In this document: one piece after another, positions 1 through 8,746 of the stretch
How positions within the stretch are numbered: the first letter of the stretch is position 1
Layout: the number at the start of each line of letters is the position of its first letter
Assembly (NCBI GenBank): GCA_029246105.1
Contig: JAQWOA010000027.1
Span: 3,056-67,055, forward strand
From: Woeseiaceae bacterium
GTDB taxonomy: Bacteria; Pseudomonadota; Gammaproteobacteria; Steroidobacterales; Woeseiaceae
Reading direction: 5' to 3'
DNA: 64,000 nucleotides
Position numbers and translations under genes: made by a program
The notes under the pieces: model-generated
Told to the model about the DNA's origin: nothing
Database searches by the model: none
The model's input: only the letters and a program-made list of their open reading frames with translations

Positions 1-1
1 C

Positions 2-454
2 GCGCTAATCCTTGAAGACCCTGTTTCGGTTTTTGTGGACCAAGAAACCCCACGTGCCATGCTCGAATGGGATGAAGCCAATCTGCCAACTACTATCGAC
101 GATTTGCTTGCGGCCAATCCGGGGTGGACAGCCCTTGATGCGGCGTGGAAGCTGGTGTCGATTCAGCAAGTATCTTTTGACGACGCACGCGCGGCATTCG
201 TCGGAAATGCACCGTGGGATTTGCGACCTGATGCGGCGCGGCTGAGTTCGAAGCTACCGACCGTCTGGGTTCTCCCTGATGTTAGCCGTTTTGTGCCATC
301 CGGTGACGTAGCGCGACTACAGGCCGACACACCTGATGGATCCTTGGCGATCTTTAATGGTGCAGGGCATAGCGTCCATCGAGATGAAACAGTAGCCTTT
401 GTTGATATTGTTGAGCGGCTTGCTCAAGGGGAGTGGTTCAATGAGTGCGGATAG
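2..454 (+). CDS. alpha/beta-fold hydrolase, C-terminal part (5' end lies outside the window)
   Basis: The reading frame is open from the window edge. The C-terminal motif NGAGHSVHRDE fits the catalytic His region of alpha/beta hydrolases. It overlaps the next gene by 14 nt. Confidence 0.55.
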   Translation, partial: ALILEDPVSVFVDQETPRAMLEWDEANLPTTIDDLLAANPGWTALDAAWKLVSIQQVSFDDARAAFVGNAPWDLRPDAARLSSKLPTVWVLPDVSRFVPSGDVARLQADTPDGSLAIFNGAGHSVHRDETVAFVDIVERLAQGEWFNECG

Positions 455-1388
455 TGATTTCAAATTTTGCTTCGGCGGCCATCATGCAAATCAGCGGATA
501 GTGCTTGGTACGCCCTTTGAGGTGTTCACCGAAGACTGTTTCTCTGGCAAATTGACATCTGAAACTGGAAAACCGCGCGAAGTGGCGCCGTTTCCCAGAG
601 TAAATCCGCTCGCAGGCCCCTTCCATATCGAGGGGGTTCGACAAGGCGATATCATTGCAATCCACATTCAATCAATGACACCTGCGCGTGATTGGGGCGT
701 CGCAACCGTTTCACCTAATTTTGGCCTGCTTTCGGGAACGCGGATGGCACCGAACCTTCAGCCTGATAGTGATGAGCGTGTTTGGATTTGGCGTCTCGAT
801 AATGACCACACCACCCTGCGAACCAAGGCGGCAAACGGGACTGAGATGTCGGTTCCCTTTAATCCTTTCTTTGGCACGATCGGTGTGGCCCCAGCCCATG
901 GCGAAGTGCGCCTCAGTGTTGTTCCAGGTGACTTCGGTGGCAATCTCGACATGCCCGAACTTTGCCCTGGGACGACGCTTTATCTGCGGGCAAATGTGGA
1001 TGGTGGTCATCTATATTTGGGCGATGGACACTACGCTCAAGGCGACGGCGAAATAGCAGGAACGGCCATTGAGGGTGCTTTTCACTCGAGTCTTGCAGTA
1101 GCGAAGGTCTCTGATGATGAAACCTTTGATTTCCCCCGCATCGAAACACAGACCTGCATTGGAGTCATCGGCGTTGGACGTCCACTCGAAAGCGCGATCA
1201 AAGTTGCCGCAGCGGAAATGGTGCGATGGGTTGCCACGTTGACCGGATTGGATCCGCAGGATGCTTATCAACTTGTCAGTCAGATTGGAAAACTGCGCGT
1301 CTGCAATCTTGTGAACCCCGAATACACTGCGTTGCTGTCCGTTCCTAAGACGATTTTGCCTAAAGGCACTGTCGTCATGGGGAGATAG
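441..1388 (+). CDS. acetamidase/formamidase family protein
   Basis: The length and sequence (RVNPLAGPFHIEGV..GD, GGNLD, HLYLGDGHYAQGDGE) resemble the FmdA/AmdA family. I chose the ATG at 441 because a GGGGAG Shine-Dalgarno sits 7 nt upstream. The ORF track's 399 is a TTG. Confidence 0.75.
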   Translation: MSADSDFKFCFGGHHANQRIVLGTPFEVFTEDCFSGKLTSETGKPREVAPFPRVNPLAGPFHIEGVRQGDIIAIHIQSMTPARDWGVATVSPNFGLLSGTRMAPNLQPDSDERVWIWRLDNDHTTLRTKAANGTEMSVPFNPFFGTIGVAPAHGEVRLSVVPGDFGGNLDMPELCPGTTLYLRANVDGGHLYLGDGHYAQGDGEIAGTAIEGAFHSSLAVAKVSDDETFDFPRIETQTCIGVIGVGRPLESAIKVAAAEMVRWVATLTGLDPQDAYQLVSQIGKLRVCNLVNPEYTALLSVPKTILPKGTVVMGR

Positions 1389-1461
1389 TGCCACATCATT
1401 AATAGGCCCTGACTATCAGGTAATATACTGAGACTATTAGACGGCTTCAGGAAGGAGAATC

Positions 1462-2121
1462 ATGAAACGCAGAGAGTTGTTAAAAGGAATGGCGGCTATA
1501 TCAGCAAGTCCAATACTAACGTCGTATGCATTAGAGGGAAATCTTATACTTGGAAAACATGACGCGCTAATCGTCGTCGATGTCCAGAACGATTTCCTTC
1601 CCGGAGGCAGTCTGGCTGTAAGTGACGGTGATGCGGTCATACCGGTGATCAATAATTGTATGAAGCTATCACAAGCAAAAGGTTTGCCAATATATGCAAC
1701 TCGTGACTGGCATCCTACTGATCATTGTTCATTTGTGGAAAACGGCGGGACGTGGCCAGAACACTGTGTCGCAGGCAGCACAGGCGCACAGTTCTCAGAA
1801 GACCTAGCACTTCCAAATAACGTTACAATCATTAACAAAGGAACAGACAAAGATAAAGAGGCCTACTCCGGATTTCAGGACACTGATCTCTCGGATCAAC
1901 TGCATAAAAAAGGTATTAAGAGAGTTATTGTCGGCGGCCTCGCCACAGACTATTGCGTCCTGAACACAGTATACGATGCGCTAACGAATGACCTAGATGT
2001 TGTGCTGCTAACATACGCTATTCGTGCCGTAAACGTTAACCCCGGAGACGGTGAAAGAGCCATTGAATCAATGATAGAACGGGGCGCAGAAATATATGAT
2101 GGCTTAATCCTGGCAAATTAA
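1462..2121 (+). CDS. pncA: nicotinamidase/pyrazinamidase (isochorismatase family) with a twin-arginine signal peptide
   Basis: Catalytic Asp, Lys and Cys lie in VVDVQNDF, INKG and ATDYCV. Metal-binding DWHP and HC motifs are present. The N-terminus MKRRELLKGMAAISASPILTSYA is Tat-like. AAGGAG precedes the ATG. Confidence 0.75.
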   Translation: MKRRELLKGMAAISASPILTSYALEGNLILGKHDALIVVDVQNDFLPGGSLAVSDGDAVIPVINNCMKLSQAKGLPIYATRDWHPTDHCSFVENGGTWPEHCVAGSTGAQFSEDLALPNNVTIINKGTDKDKEAYSGFQDTDLSDQLHKKGIKRVIVGGLATDYCVLNTVYDALTNDLDVVLLTYAIRAVNVNPGDGERAIESMIERGAEIYDGLILAN

Positions 2122-2219
2122 CCGTAACAATTACTGGATTGCCTCAGTGAATCTTCAGAGACACTGATCAATAGAGCTTCACAACTCTCGATGCTGTAAA
2201 GCCCCTAAAGAAATGCATG

Positions 2220-2241
2220 AAGGAATACCGCTGTATTCCTT
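2220..2241. terminator. 9-bp stem / 4-nt loop hairpin between convergent pncA and thuA
   Basis: AAGGAATAC cgct GTATTCCTT lies 5 nt past the thuA stop codon (TAG, 2246-2248). The flanking T tracts are weak on both strands. Confidence 0.35.
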
Positions 2242-2245
2242 ATAA

Positions 2246-3019
2246 CTATTCGTAAGCTTTTCCACCAGTTGCAGCCCACCACACAGCGCCAAGAATGTGC
2301 TGCTTATACCAAGGCTCATCATATATTCCTTCAGCGTGGCCAAGACCAGTGTGAAAAGATCTTCCACCATTGCCTTCAAAATCTTCTTGATACCAAGCTA
2401 TTGGATGATAAGCCGGCATTTTTCCGCCAGGAAAGGTAGTTTCATCGACACTTAAAACAACTTCAATGTTGTCAGACATCTCTAAATAGTTATACCACTC
2501 TCCAGTAATTACCCATCTAGGTGGTATGTGGAATGCTGATGGATGGTTCGGGTCTTCGTTATCAACAATTCCTGTCCAAATGCCTGGATCTGGATGACGG
2601 TTCCATACACCGCCTACTAGGCTTACATACCATGGCCACTCCATCATTGTGAAAGTAGCCGAATGTATACCTACAAAATTTCCTCCCTGACGCATGTAAG
2701 CCTGTAACGCCCTTCTCTCATCATCATCTAAAATATCACCTGATGTATTCATAAAAACAATTACATCTATACTATTAAGCTTTTCTTGATTATCAAAAAA
2801 ATTGGATTGTGTAGTCCAAGTAAGCCCCCAGTGATGGTCACGAGCTAGATCCTTAAACATCTGTATCCCATTTGGGACAGCGAGATGTTGGTAATCAAGA
2901 GATTTTGTAAACAAAAGAACTTCAAACTGTTTTTGATTCTCCTGTAAGCGCTGTGCGTGTGAATTGGCGCTAACTATTAGAAGCAGTCCGGTCAGAATAC
3001 CTATTAGTTTTTTAGACAT
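2246..3019 (-). CDS. ThuA-domain (trehalose-utilisation-like) protein, secreted
   Basis: It shows ThuA-like features (VLLFTKS..YQH, VIVFMNTSGD, FVGIHSA). The signal peptide is MSKKLIGILTGLLLIVSANSHA. I preferred the ATG at 3019 over the TTG at 3049. Confidence 0.65.
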   Translation of the reverse strand: MSKKLIGILTGLLLIVSANSHAQRLQENQKQFEVLLFTKSLDYQHLAVPNGIQMFKDLARDHHWGLTWTTQSNFFDNQEKLNSIDVIVFMNTSGDILDDDERRALQAYMRQGGNFVGIHSATFTMMEWPWYVSLVGGVWNRHPDPGIWTGIVDNEDPNHPSAFHIPPRWVITGEWYNYLEMSDNIEVVLSVDETTFPGGKMPAYHPIAWYQEDFEGNGGRSFHTGLGHAEGIYDEPWYKQHILGAVWWAATGGKAYE

Positions 3020-3117
3020 AACTTTTTTGATTAACCTTTTTTGAATCAAAATAATATTTAAATTTTACATAACCTTAAGTAGGAATTGGCTTGTTACCGA
3101 ATTATGAAACTCTGACT

Positions 3118-4326
3118 TTATTTGCGATGCGATCTATTTAGCCTAACCTTAGTAGGAATTAGTTTATTGTCAGATGAACGCGTTCCAAGTTTACCGGCCT
3201 TACCATCTCCCCAGCAGTAAATTTCATCATTTGAAGAAATGGCACAAGTATGTTTAGTGCCAATAGTAATATCTCTAAAACTTACGTTACCTGATACAGC
3301 TACAGGTTCAACCCGCATTGTTGTCGTGCCATCACCTAGCTGGCCTTGTCCATTTCTTCCCCAACAATAAGCTTGACCATCGGTTGCAATGCCGCAGGTT
3401 TGAAAGGTTCCAGTAGCGATTGAAGCAAAAGATATATTTCCATTTATTTCCCTTGGCGTCCTCAAGTTTTCAAGAACTCCTAATTTTCCTGTGGAGCCAA
3501 TACCTAATTTGCCGTATCGACCACGCCCCCAACAAATAGCCTTGTCTGAAGTGCCTAAAGCACATACATGATCAAGCCCAACACTTATTGAATTAGGGTG
3601 AAATTCAAAATCCCCAGCCACAAGGCCTGGCGCCGCTTTACTACGAGTATCACTACCCTGTCCTAATAAATTACCAAAATCGCTTGATCCCCAACAATAT
3701 GCATTACCATTTGTTGATATACCGCATGTTGTTGCTGATCCTGCATTAATTGAACTGAAAGCGATTCCACCAGACACTGGAACAGGCACTGATGAACTTT
3801 TAGATTTGGTGTAATTACGGGCTACTTCCGAAACTCCTTTATCACCAAGAATTCCAGCCTCTCCTCTTCCCCAGCAAAAAGCCTTTTCGTCTGAAGTAAT
3901 TCCACAAGTGTGTGCCAATCCTGCATCAACTGACTCAAAGGATAAATTACCGGAAACAGCTACTGGAATCGTACTGTTTTCAGGAGAGCCATTTCCGAGA
4001 CTTCCATATCTTCCACGCCCCCAACAATAAGCATCATTATCAACTGTGATGCCACAGGTATGATCCCAGCCAACGCTAATTGACTTAAATTTTAAACCTC
4101 CAGAAACTGCAACAGGAGTCATACTAGACTCAATAGAGCCGTCCCCTAACTGGCCTACTGCATTATTTCCCCAACAATGAGCTTTGCCATTTGAGTTGAG
4201 CATGCATGTATGATTATCGCCAGCATCGATATCAATTAGATTATCTGAATGAGCTGGTACGGAGGCAATAACTGATACAAATAATAAGGCTGAAAATAAA
4301 TAACTTTTATTTAATGTAATGTTCAT
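3118..4326 (-). CDS. secreted RCC1-repeat beta-propeller protein (7 blades)
   Basis: Seven repeats each carry H-T-C and x-C-W-G-x-x-x-x-G-x-L-G motifs, for example AHCWGNNAVGQLGDG and AYCWGRNGQGQLGDG. An N-terminal signal peptide ends in VPAHS. Confidence 0.8.
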   Translation of the reverse strand: MNITLNKSYLFSALLFVSVIASVPAHSDNLIDIDAGDNHTCMLNSNGKAHCWGNNAVGQLGDGSIESSMTPVAVSGGLKFKSISVGWDHTCGITVDNDAYCWGRGRYGSLGNGSPENSTIPVAVSGNLSFESVDAGLAHTCGITSDEKAFCWGRGEAGILGDKGVSEVARNYTKSKSSSVPVPVSGGIAFSSINAGSATTCGISTNGNAYCWGSSDFGNLLGQGSDTRSKAAPGLVAGDFEFHPNSISVGLDHVCALGTSDKAICWGRGRYGKLGIGSTGKLGVLENLRTPREINGNISFASIATGTFQTCGIATDGQAYCWGRNGQGQLGDGTTTMRVEPVAVSGNVSFRDITIGTKHTCAISSNDEIYCWGDGKAGKLGTRSSDNKLIPTKVRLNRSHRK

Positions 4327-4550
4327 TATTAGATTCTGTGTTTTGATTTAATGATCTAAGTACGAAGATTTCTTATTATAAAGTCTTTAATTAACAAACC
4401 ATCGATTGGACTGGGATGGTTAAGACTGTAAGTAATTTTTATACTTCCCCTACAATTTATACTATAGCATCCACACATAATTTGCCATCGACCGCTCTCC
4501 TTGAATCGTCAACAAAAAAATTTATTGTCCTGCTGCTTATCGCTTAAATA

Positions 4551-5057
4551 TTAGATATCTCTTGAATCATAAGCCCATTGCAGTAGTGCCTGTCGTTGTT
4601 TTGGACGACAGTCAAACTCATATTTCTCGCAATTCTTTTTCACTTGTGCAACGTGCCGACTCATTGCACGCCACCGCTTTATCTGTCGTTCGTCGTCTTC
4701 ACACCTTCGACCTAAATAGTATCGACAATACCATTGAAACCAACCACGGGGATCCTTCTCCCAAATCCACCCCTTTTCTCTCCATACAGAAAGGGGCTGA
4801 GAAGCACTGACGCCAAAACAGTTTACATTTGGATCGGCCTTATCAGGGCATAGATTTGCATTATGAAACCAAGCAGCAGGAAATTCATTTTGGCAATCCG
4901 TCATATACCTCCCACCAAAGACTCCGAGTTTGAGCATTTCTTCCGGTGTTAGATCGGGTCGAAAGTCGGGATGAAAATTTTTTCCACAAGGCTCTGATAG
5001 CGTATACGCATATCCCGATTGCATCAGATCATTTACAACAATTCGCTTCTTATTCAC
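4551..5057 (-). CDS. conserved protein of unknown function (Trp/Cys-rich, motif RGWFQWYCRYYLGRR..DDERQIKRW)
   Basis: The long ORF lies downstream of the SDR gene on the same strand. The start is uncertain. GTG at 5057 follows AGAAGGAAAG. The alternatives are TTG at 5093 (the ORF track start) and ATG at 5024. Confidence 0.55.
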   Translation of the reverse strand: MNKKRIVVNDLMQSGYAYTLSEPCGKNFHPDFRPDLTPEEMLKLGVFGGRYMTDCQNEFPAAWFHNANLCPDKADPNVNCFGVSASQPLSVWREKGWIWEKDPRGWFQWYCRYYLGRRCEDDERQIKRWRAMSRHVAQVKKNCEKYEFDCRPKQRQALLQWAYDSRDI

Positions 5058-5082
5058 TTCTTTCCTTCTTGCGAAATATAAT

Positions 5083-6003
5083 TTATTTACCAAGATAATT
5101 TAGATGATCGATACTAAATGTTGTCGCTTCTCTGCCCGTAAGTGCTTGCATGATTTCGGAATCAGCAACGTTACCCTCTTCTAGCATAGTTAGTTGATCG
5201 CGAGTGACTGGAAAAAATGGCAGCCAATCGAACAATCTTGCAACAATACGCATTAATGCGACTGGCATGGGTAAAAACCACTTACGACAACCTTTCGCCG
5301 CGGCAATTCTCGAAATCATTTCCGTCCAACTTAAAACCTCTGGACCCCCTAATATATAAGTTTTTCCGACACACTCTTGATTCTCAAGAGAAGCCAAAAA
5401 AACTCTCACCACATCTTTTATATGGACGGGCGACATTACGACCGCATCTTTCTTTGGGTCAAATCCTGAAAAAAATCTCACCGCAGGAATTGGTGGACGA
5501 ACCATTTGATTTAATAGTTGGGTAGCAAACTCCATAGCCCCGTGAGGATCGCCAAAAATTACGGATGGACGAAACACAGTAACATCCAGTCCACTTTTCA
5601 GGGCGTATTCCTCAGCGCGCCGTTTGGTTTCCTGATATTGAGTTCCTGGAATTTTCGCGCCATTGGCACTCATCAGCAGAAACCTCTGCACGCCAGTTGC
5701 CACTGCGGCATCAACCGTGTTGACCAAACCCTCATATTGCGTCGACTCATAGGTAATGCCTTTTCGAGGCACTTCTCGCAATATTCCAACGTTATAAATC
5801 ACCACATCGCATGCTTGAAGAAGACGACGGATGGATTCAGTATCGACGATATCGCCATTTACTATTGAAACTTGCTCATGCTGTGGCACTTTATTTTTAC
5901 TATCTTGCCGTACCAGCAGTGAAACTGAATAACTAGAACTCAATAGGGCTTCGGTCAGATAACTTCCGACAAATCCGGTTCCACCAATAATTGCTACACG
6001 CAT
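5083..6003 (-). CDS. NAD(P)H-binding atypical SDR (NmrA/NDUFA9-like epimerase-dehydratase fold)
   Basis: The N-terminus carries the Rossmann motif MRVAIIGGTGFVGSYL. The size is about 300 aa. Confidence 0.7.
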   Translation of the reverse strand: MRVAIIGGTGFVGSYLTEALLSSSYSVSLLVRQDSKNKVPQHEQVSIVNGDIVDTESIRRLLQACDVVIYNVGILREVPRKGITYESTQYEGLVNTVDAAVATGVQRFLLMSANGAKIPGTQYQETKRRAEEYALKSGLDVTVFRPSVIFGDPHGAMEFATQLLNQMVRPPIPAVRFFSGFDPKKDAVVMSPVHIKDVVRVFLASLENQECVGKTYILGGPEVLSWTEMISRIAAAKGCRKWFLPMPVALMRIVARLFDWLPFFPVTRDQLTMLEEGNVADSEIMQALTGREATTFSIDHLNYLGK

Positions 6004-6030
6004 AAGATGTTATGGCTACTGTAAAACACG

Positions 6031-6573
6031 TCAGTCTCTAACCGTATCGTGGGACACATAAATCAATTCATCTACCGGAAAATTGAGCCGCTTCGCTTTC
6101 TCAACAAGTGACTGCACAATGGTTTCAGATAGATTCGGAGAGCGCGCTAGTATCCAGAGATAGGAGTGATTCGGTCCCGCGACAAGCGCATACTGATAAT
6201 TATCTAAATCTAACTCGAGAATATTGTACCCGCCGTAAAAGGGGCCAAAAAAAGATACTTTTAATCGACCAACATCCGGCGAGTCGACTAGATAGGCCTT
6301 ACCGATTGCCTCGTCCCATTCAGTAATCTCCGAGCTGAATCCACGGTTTACCACTCGCACACCACCATCATCTTGGAGTGAATAGTTCGCAGTCACGTCT
6401 GTCAAACCACGCTCAAAACGATGGTCGAGACGAGCTATTTCATACCAAGTGCCAAGATATCGATCAAGTTCGAAGGTTGACACAACTTTTGTACCACTTG
6501 GCTGACCAGTACAGGCTGAAATAACAATCGATGCGAAAAGAAAAAAAGAAAAAACCTTACTTTTATGAAACAT
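6031..6573 (-). CDS. blc: bacterial lipocalin (outer-membrane lipoprotein Blc)
   Basis: YLGTWYEIARLDHRFERGL and SFFGPFYGGYNILELD closely resemble E. coli Blc as I recall it. The lipobox is VISAC. ATG at 6573 gives a 20-residue signal peptide. ATG at 6606 is the alternative and would overlap the sialidase gene. Confidence 0.8.
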   Translation of the reverse strand: MFHKSKVFSFFLFASIVISACTGQPSGTKVVSTFELDRYLGTWYEIARLDHRFERGLTDVTANYSLQDDGGVRVVNRGFSSEITEWDEAIGKAYLVDSPDVGRLKVSFFGPFYGGYNILELDLDNYQYALVAGPNHSYLWILARSPNLSETIVQSLVEKAKRLNFPVDELIYVSHDTVRD

Positions 6574-6590
6574 AGTTAATAACTTAGATT

Positions 6591-7787
6591 TTATAGATTT
6601 CTGCATATTGTACTCGTGTGAAATTTTTCGCATTCAATCACAGAAAATTGAATGCGTTGATAAGCACTCTTCTGATTTGGGCTCCCAGCTTCAAAAAGCA
6701 AGCCTACGGAACTCTCTGAAAGAAGGACCATGTCACTGTAGGCAGCTGGTCCTGTGTGAATGATTGGTCCATCCTGCCAGGTTTCCGCTTCATCGGTGGA
6801 ATAACGAATTCTCATATCACTTCGACCCTTGCCCGACGGACCGTTTTCATCGGGTCCGGAGAGCACAATCAAGTTTTCAGAAACCCTCAACAAGGCTCCT
6901 TGAACAACTGGCAAATCTAATACTCCTTTGATGGGACGAAATGCCTTCCAGTCAGAATCACGAGAATCAAAGCTCTCTCCGCCGTCCATACTCCAGGACT
7001 CACCGCGCGTTCCGGGCGCTTTTCCATGCTGATCACGAGTATTGAAATAAAGGCTACCGTCATTGAGCTCTACGACGGTTGTTTCGTTGGCATTGAGTCC
7101 ATCTTCGTAGGTTTCATCAAGAGCTCCAATACGCCAAGTTTTTCCATGATCATCACTGAGAATAGCATGGGCTCCATAGGGTCCTTGATCTTCACCATCA
7201 CCTCCCATCCCATGATCCGAGGGAATAACAAGGCGTCCACGATAAGGCACATGCTGCAATTGAATGGCATGCACCGGACCAGTGGCATACCAACCCATCT
7301 CATCTTTCTTTACATCCTTCGTGATTTCGCGTCGTATCGACCAAGTTTCACCGGAGTCATCACTGTAGGTGACAAACACACGATCATTCTCCAAGGTAAA
7401 CGGAAGCCACAACCGACCCGGATGATCAAAATCCATCTGATCCACAACCGGTGCCGGATTTCCGATAGACATTTTTCGATCCTTATCGGCGTATAAAGAA
7501 ATAAAGTCATCGCTCTCCTGCACCACCTCGATCTTGCCCCAGGTCTTTCCGTCATCTGATGACCGCTTCAAAACCAGATCGATCTCACTGGCATCACCAC
7601 CCTCACGGGCTTCACAAAAAGCGAGCAGATCGTTATTCGCCGCACGAACGATTGCTGGAATACGAAAAATCTTATATCCATCTTCCCCTGCTTTAAACAC
7701 CACTGTCGCTGGAACATCAGCTCTCGTAGCTGAAATGGAGATACAGGCCAGAAAACAGGCCGATAGTACAATTATAGAATTCATCAT
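6591..7787 (-). CDS. exo-alpha-sialidase (GH33, BNR/Asp-box beta-propeller), secreted
   Basis: It has an FRIP motif (YKIFRIPAIV) and four Asp boxes (SSDDGKTW, SDDSGETW, SDDHGKTW, STDEAETW). A candidate nucleophile Tyr lies in GPAAYSD. I chose the start at MMNSIIVLSACFLAC, which gives a signal peptide. Its ATG overlaps the yjbQ stop (TGATG). Confidence 0.8.
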   Translation of the reverse strand: MMNSIIVLSACFLACISISATRADVPATVVFKAGEDGYKIFRIPAIVRAANNDLLAFCEAREGGDASEIDLVLKRSSDDGKTWGKIEVVQESDDFISLYADKDRKMSIGNPAPVVDQMDFDHPGRLWLPFTLENDRVFVTYSDDSGETWSIRREITKDVKKDEMGWYATGPVHAIQLQHVPYRGRLVIPSDHGMGGDGEDQGPYGAHAILSDDHGKTWRIGALDETYEDGLNANETTVVELNDGSLYFNTRDQHGKAPGTRGESWSMDGGESFDSRDSDWKAFRPIKGVLDLPVVQGALLRVSENLIVLSGPDENGPSGKGRSDMRIRYSTDEAETWQDGPIIHTGPAAYSDMVLLSESSVGLLFEAGSPNQKSAYQRIQFSVIECEKFHTSTICRNL

Positions 7788-8197
7788 CAGATCTGAATCG
7801 TCACCAGCACCTCGCGCGAGTGGCCGCCCGATCGGTGCTCCCATAAATAGATGCCCTGCCAGGTTCCCAACGCGAGTCTCCCGCTTTTCACAGGGATATT
7901 TAGATCGGTCTGTGTCAACACACTGCGCACGTGCGCGGGCATATCATCGGGGCCTTCAGCCGTGTGTGTAAAACGTTCATCACCATCCGGCACAAGATCC
8001 GCCATGAAGGTCTCGAGGTCACGATGCACGGCCGGATCAGCATTGTCACAAAGTATCAAAGACGCGCTAGTGTGCCTGATGAACAGATGGCACATCCCCG
8101 TTGCGGCCGCTGTGTCTCTCACGGCCGCGTTAATGCGATCCGTAATCTCATAGCTTCCGCGTCCGGTGGTCTCTACGAGTAACTCTGTCCGAAACAT
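7787..8197 (-). CDS. yjbQ: YjbQ/UPF0047 family protein (secondary thiamine-phosphate synthase family)
   Basis: The sequence MFRTELLVETTGRGSYEITDRI...HTSASL...HV is typical of the YjbQ family. ATG at 8197 has a GAGGAG Shine-Dalgarno 8 nt upstream. Confidence 0.75.
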   Translation of the reverse strand: MFRTELLVETTGRGSYEITDRINAAVRDTAAATGMCHLFIRHTSASLILCDNADPAVHRDLETFMADLVPDGDERFTHTAEGPDDMPAHVRSVLTQTDLNIPVKSGRLALGTWQGIYLWEHRSGGHSREVLVTIQI

Positions 8198-8260
8198 CGT
8201 AAGACTCCTCTTCACGCCCGTTCAGTTTAGCACTCGCTGTTCAACCGCAAGACCAAGATA

Positions 8261-8336
<76 letters not shown>

Positions 8337-8397
8337 TTACTTAGATTGATGTCTATGGCGGATCCTACGACGTTAGCAGGAGGCCGAAGAGCGGAGT

Positions 8398-8426
8398 ATT
8401 AGACCGACAAGCATCTCCTCAGTCAA
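8398..8426 (-). promoter_or_regulatory. candidate sigma70 promoter for tRNA-Phe
   Basis: The minus strand reads TTGACT, a 17-nt spacer, then TCTAAT, followed by a GC-rich discriminator (CCGCTCTTCGGCC). It lies about 60 nt upstream of the mature tRNA 5' end. Confidence 0.35.
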
Positions 8427-8476
8427 GATAAATACTCGACACTATATGAAGTTGCCTGAGTACGTCCTTTGCTCGA

Positions 8477-8746
8477 TTACGACGGCGCCACAAACTCTTT
8501 AGGTGCAGACGACCCTTCTCCAAAAAAGAACTTTTCCATTTCAGTTTCCAAAAACTTTCGAGCCTCCGGCTCAATAGGTGTCAATCGATACTCATTTATG
8601 AGCATGGTCTGATGACCCAGCCATTGCTGCCAAGCCTCTTTGGATACGCCGTCATAAATTCTTTGGCCAAGCTCACCAGGGTACGGCATATAATCGAGAC
8701 CCTCAGCCTCTTTGTCTAAGATGACACATTTAACGATACGCGACAT
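8477..8746 (-). CDS. yggX: Fe(2+)-trafficking protein YggX
   Basis: The sequence begins [37 protein letters not shown]. It sits in the conserved position just downstream of mutY and overlaps it by 17 nt. Confidence 0.85.
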   Translation of the reverse strand: MSRIVKCVILDKEAEGLDYMPYPGELGQRIYDGVSKEAWQQWLGHQTMLINEYRLTPIEPEARKFLETEMEKFFFGEGSSAPKEFVAPS

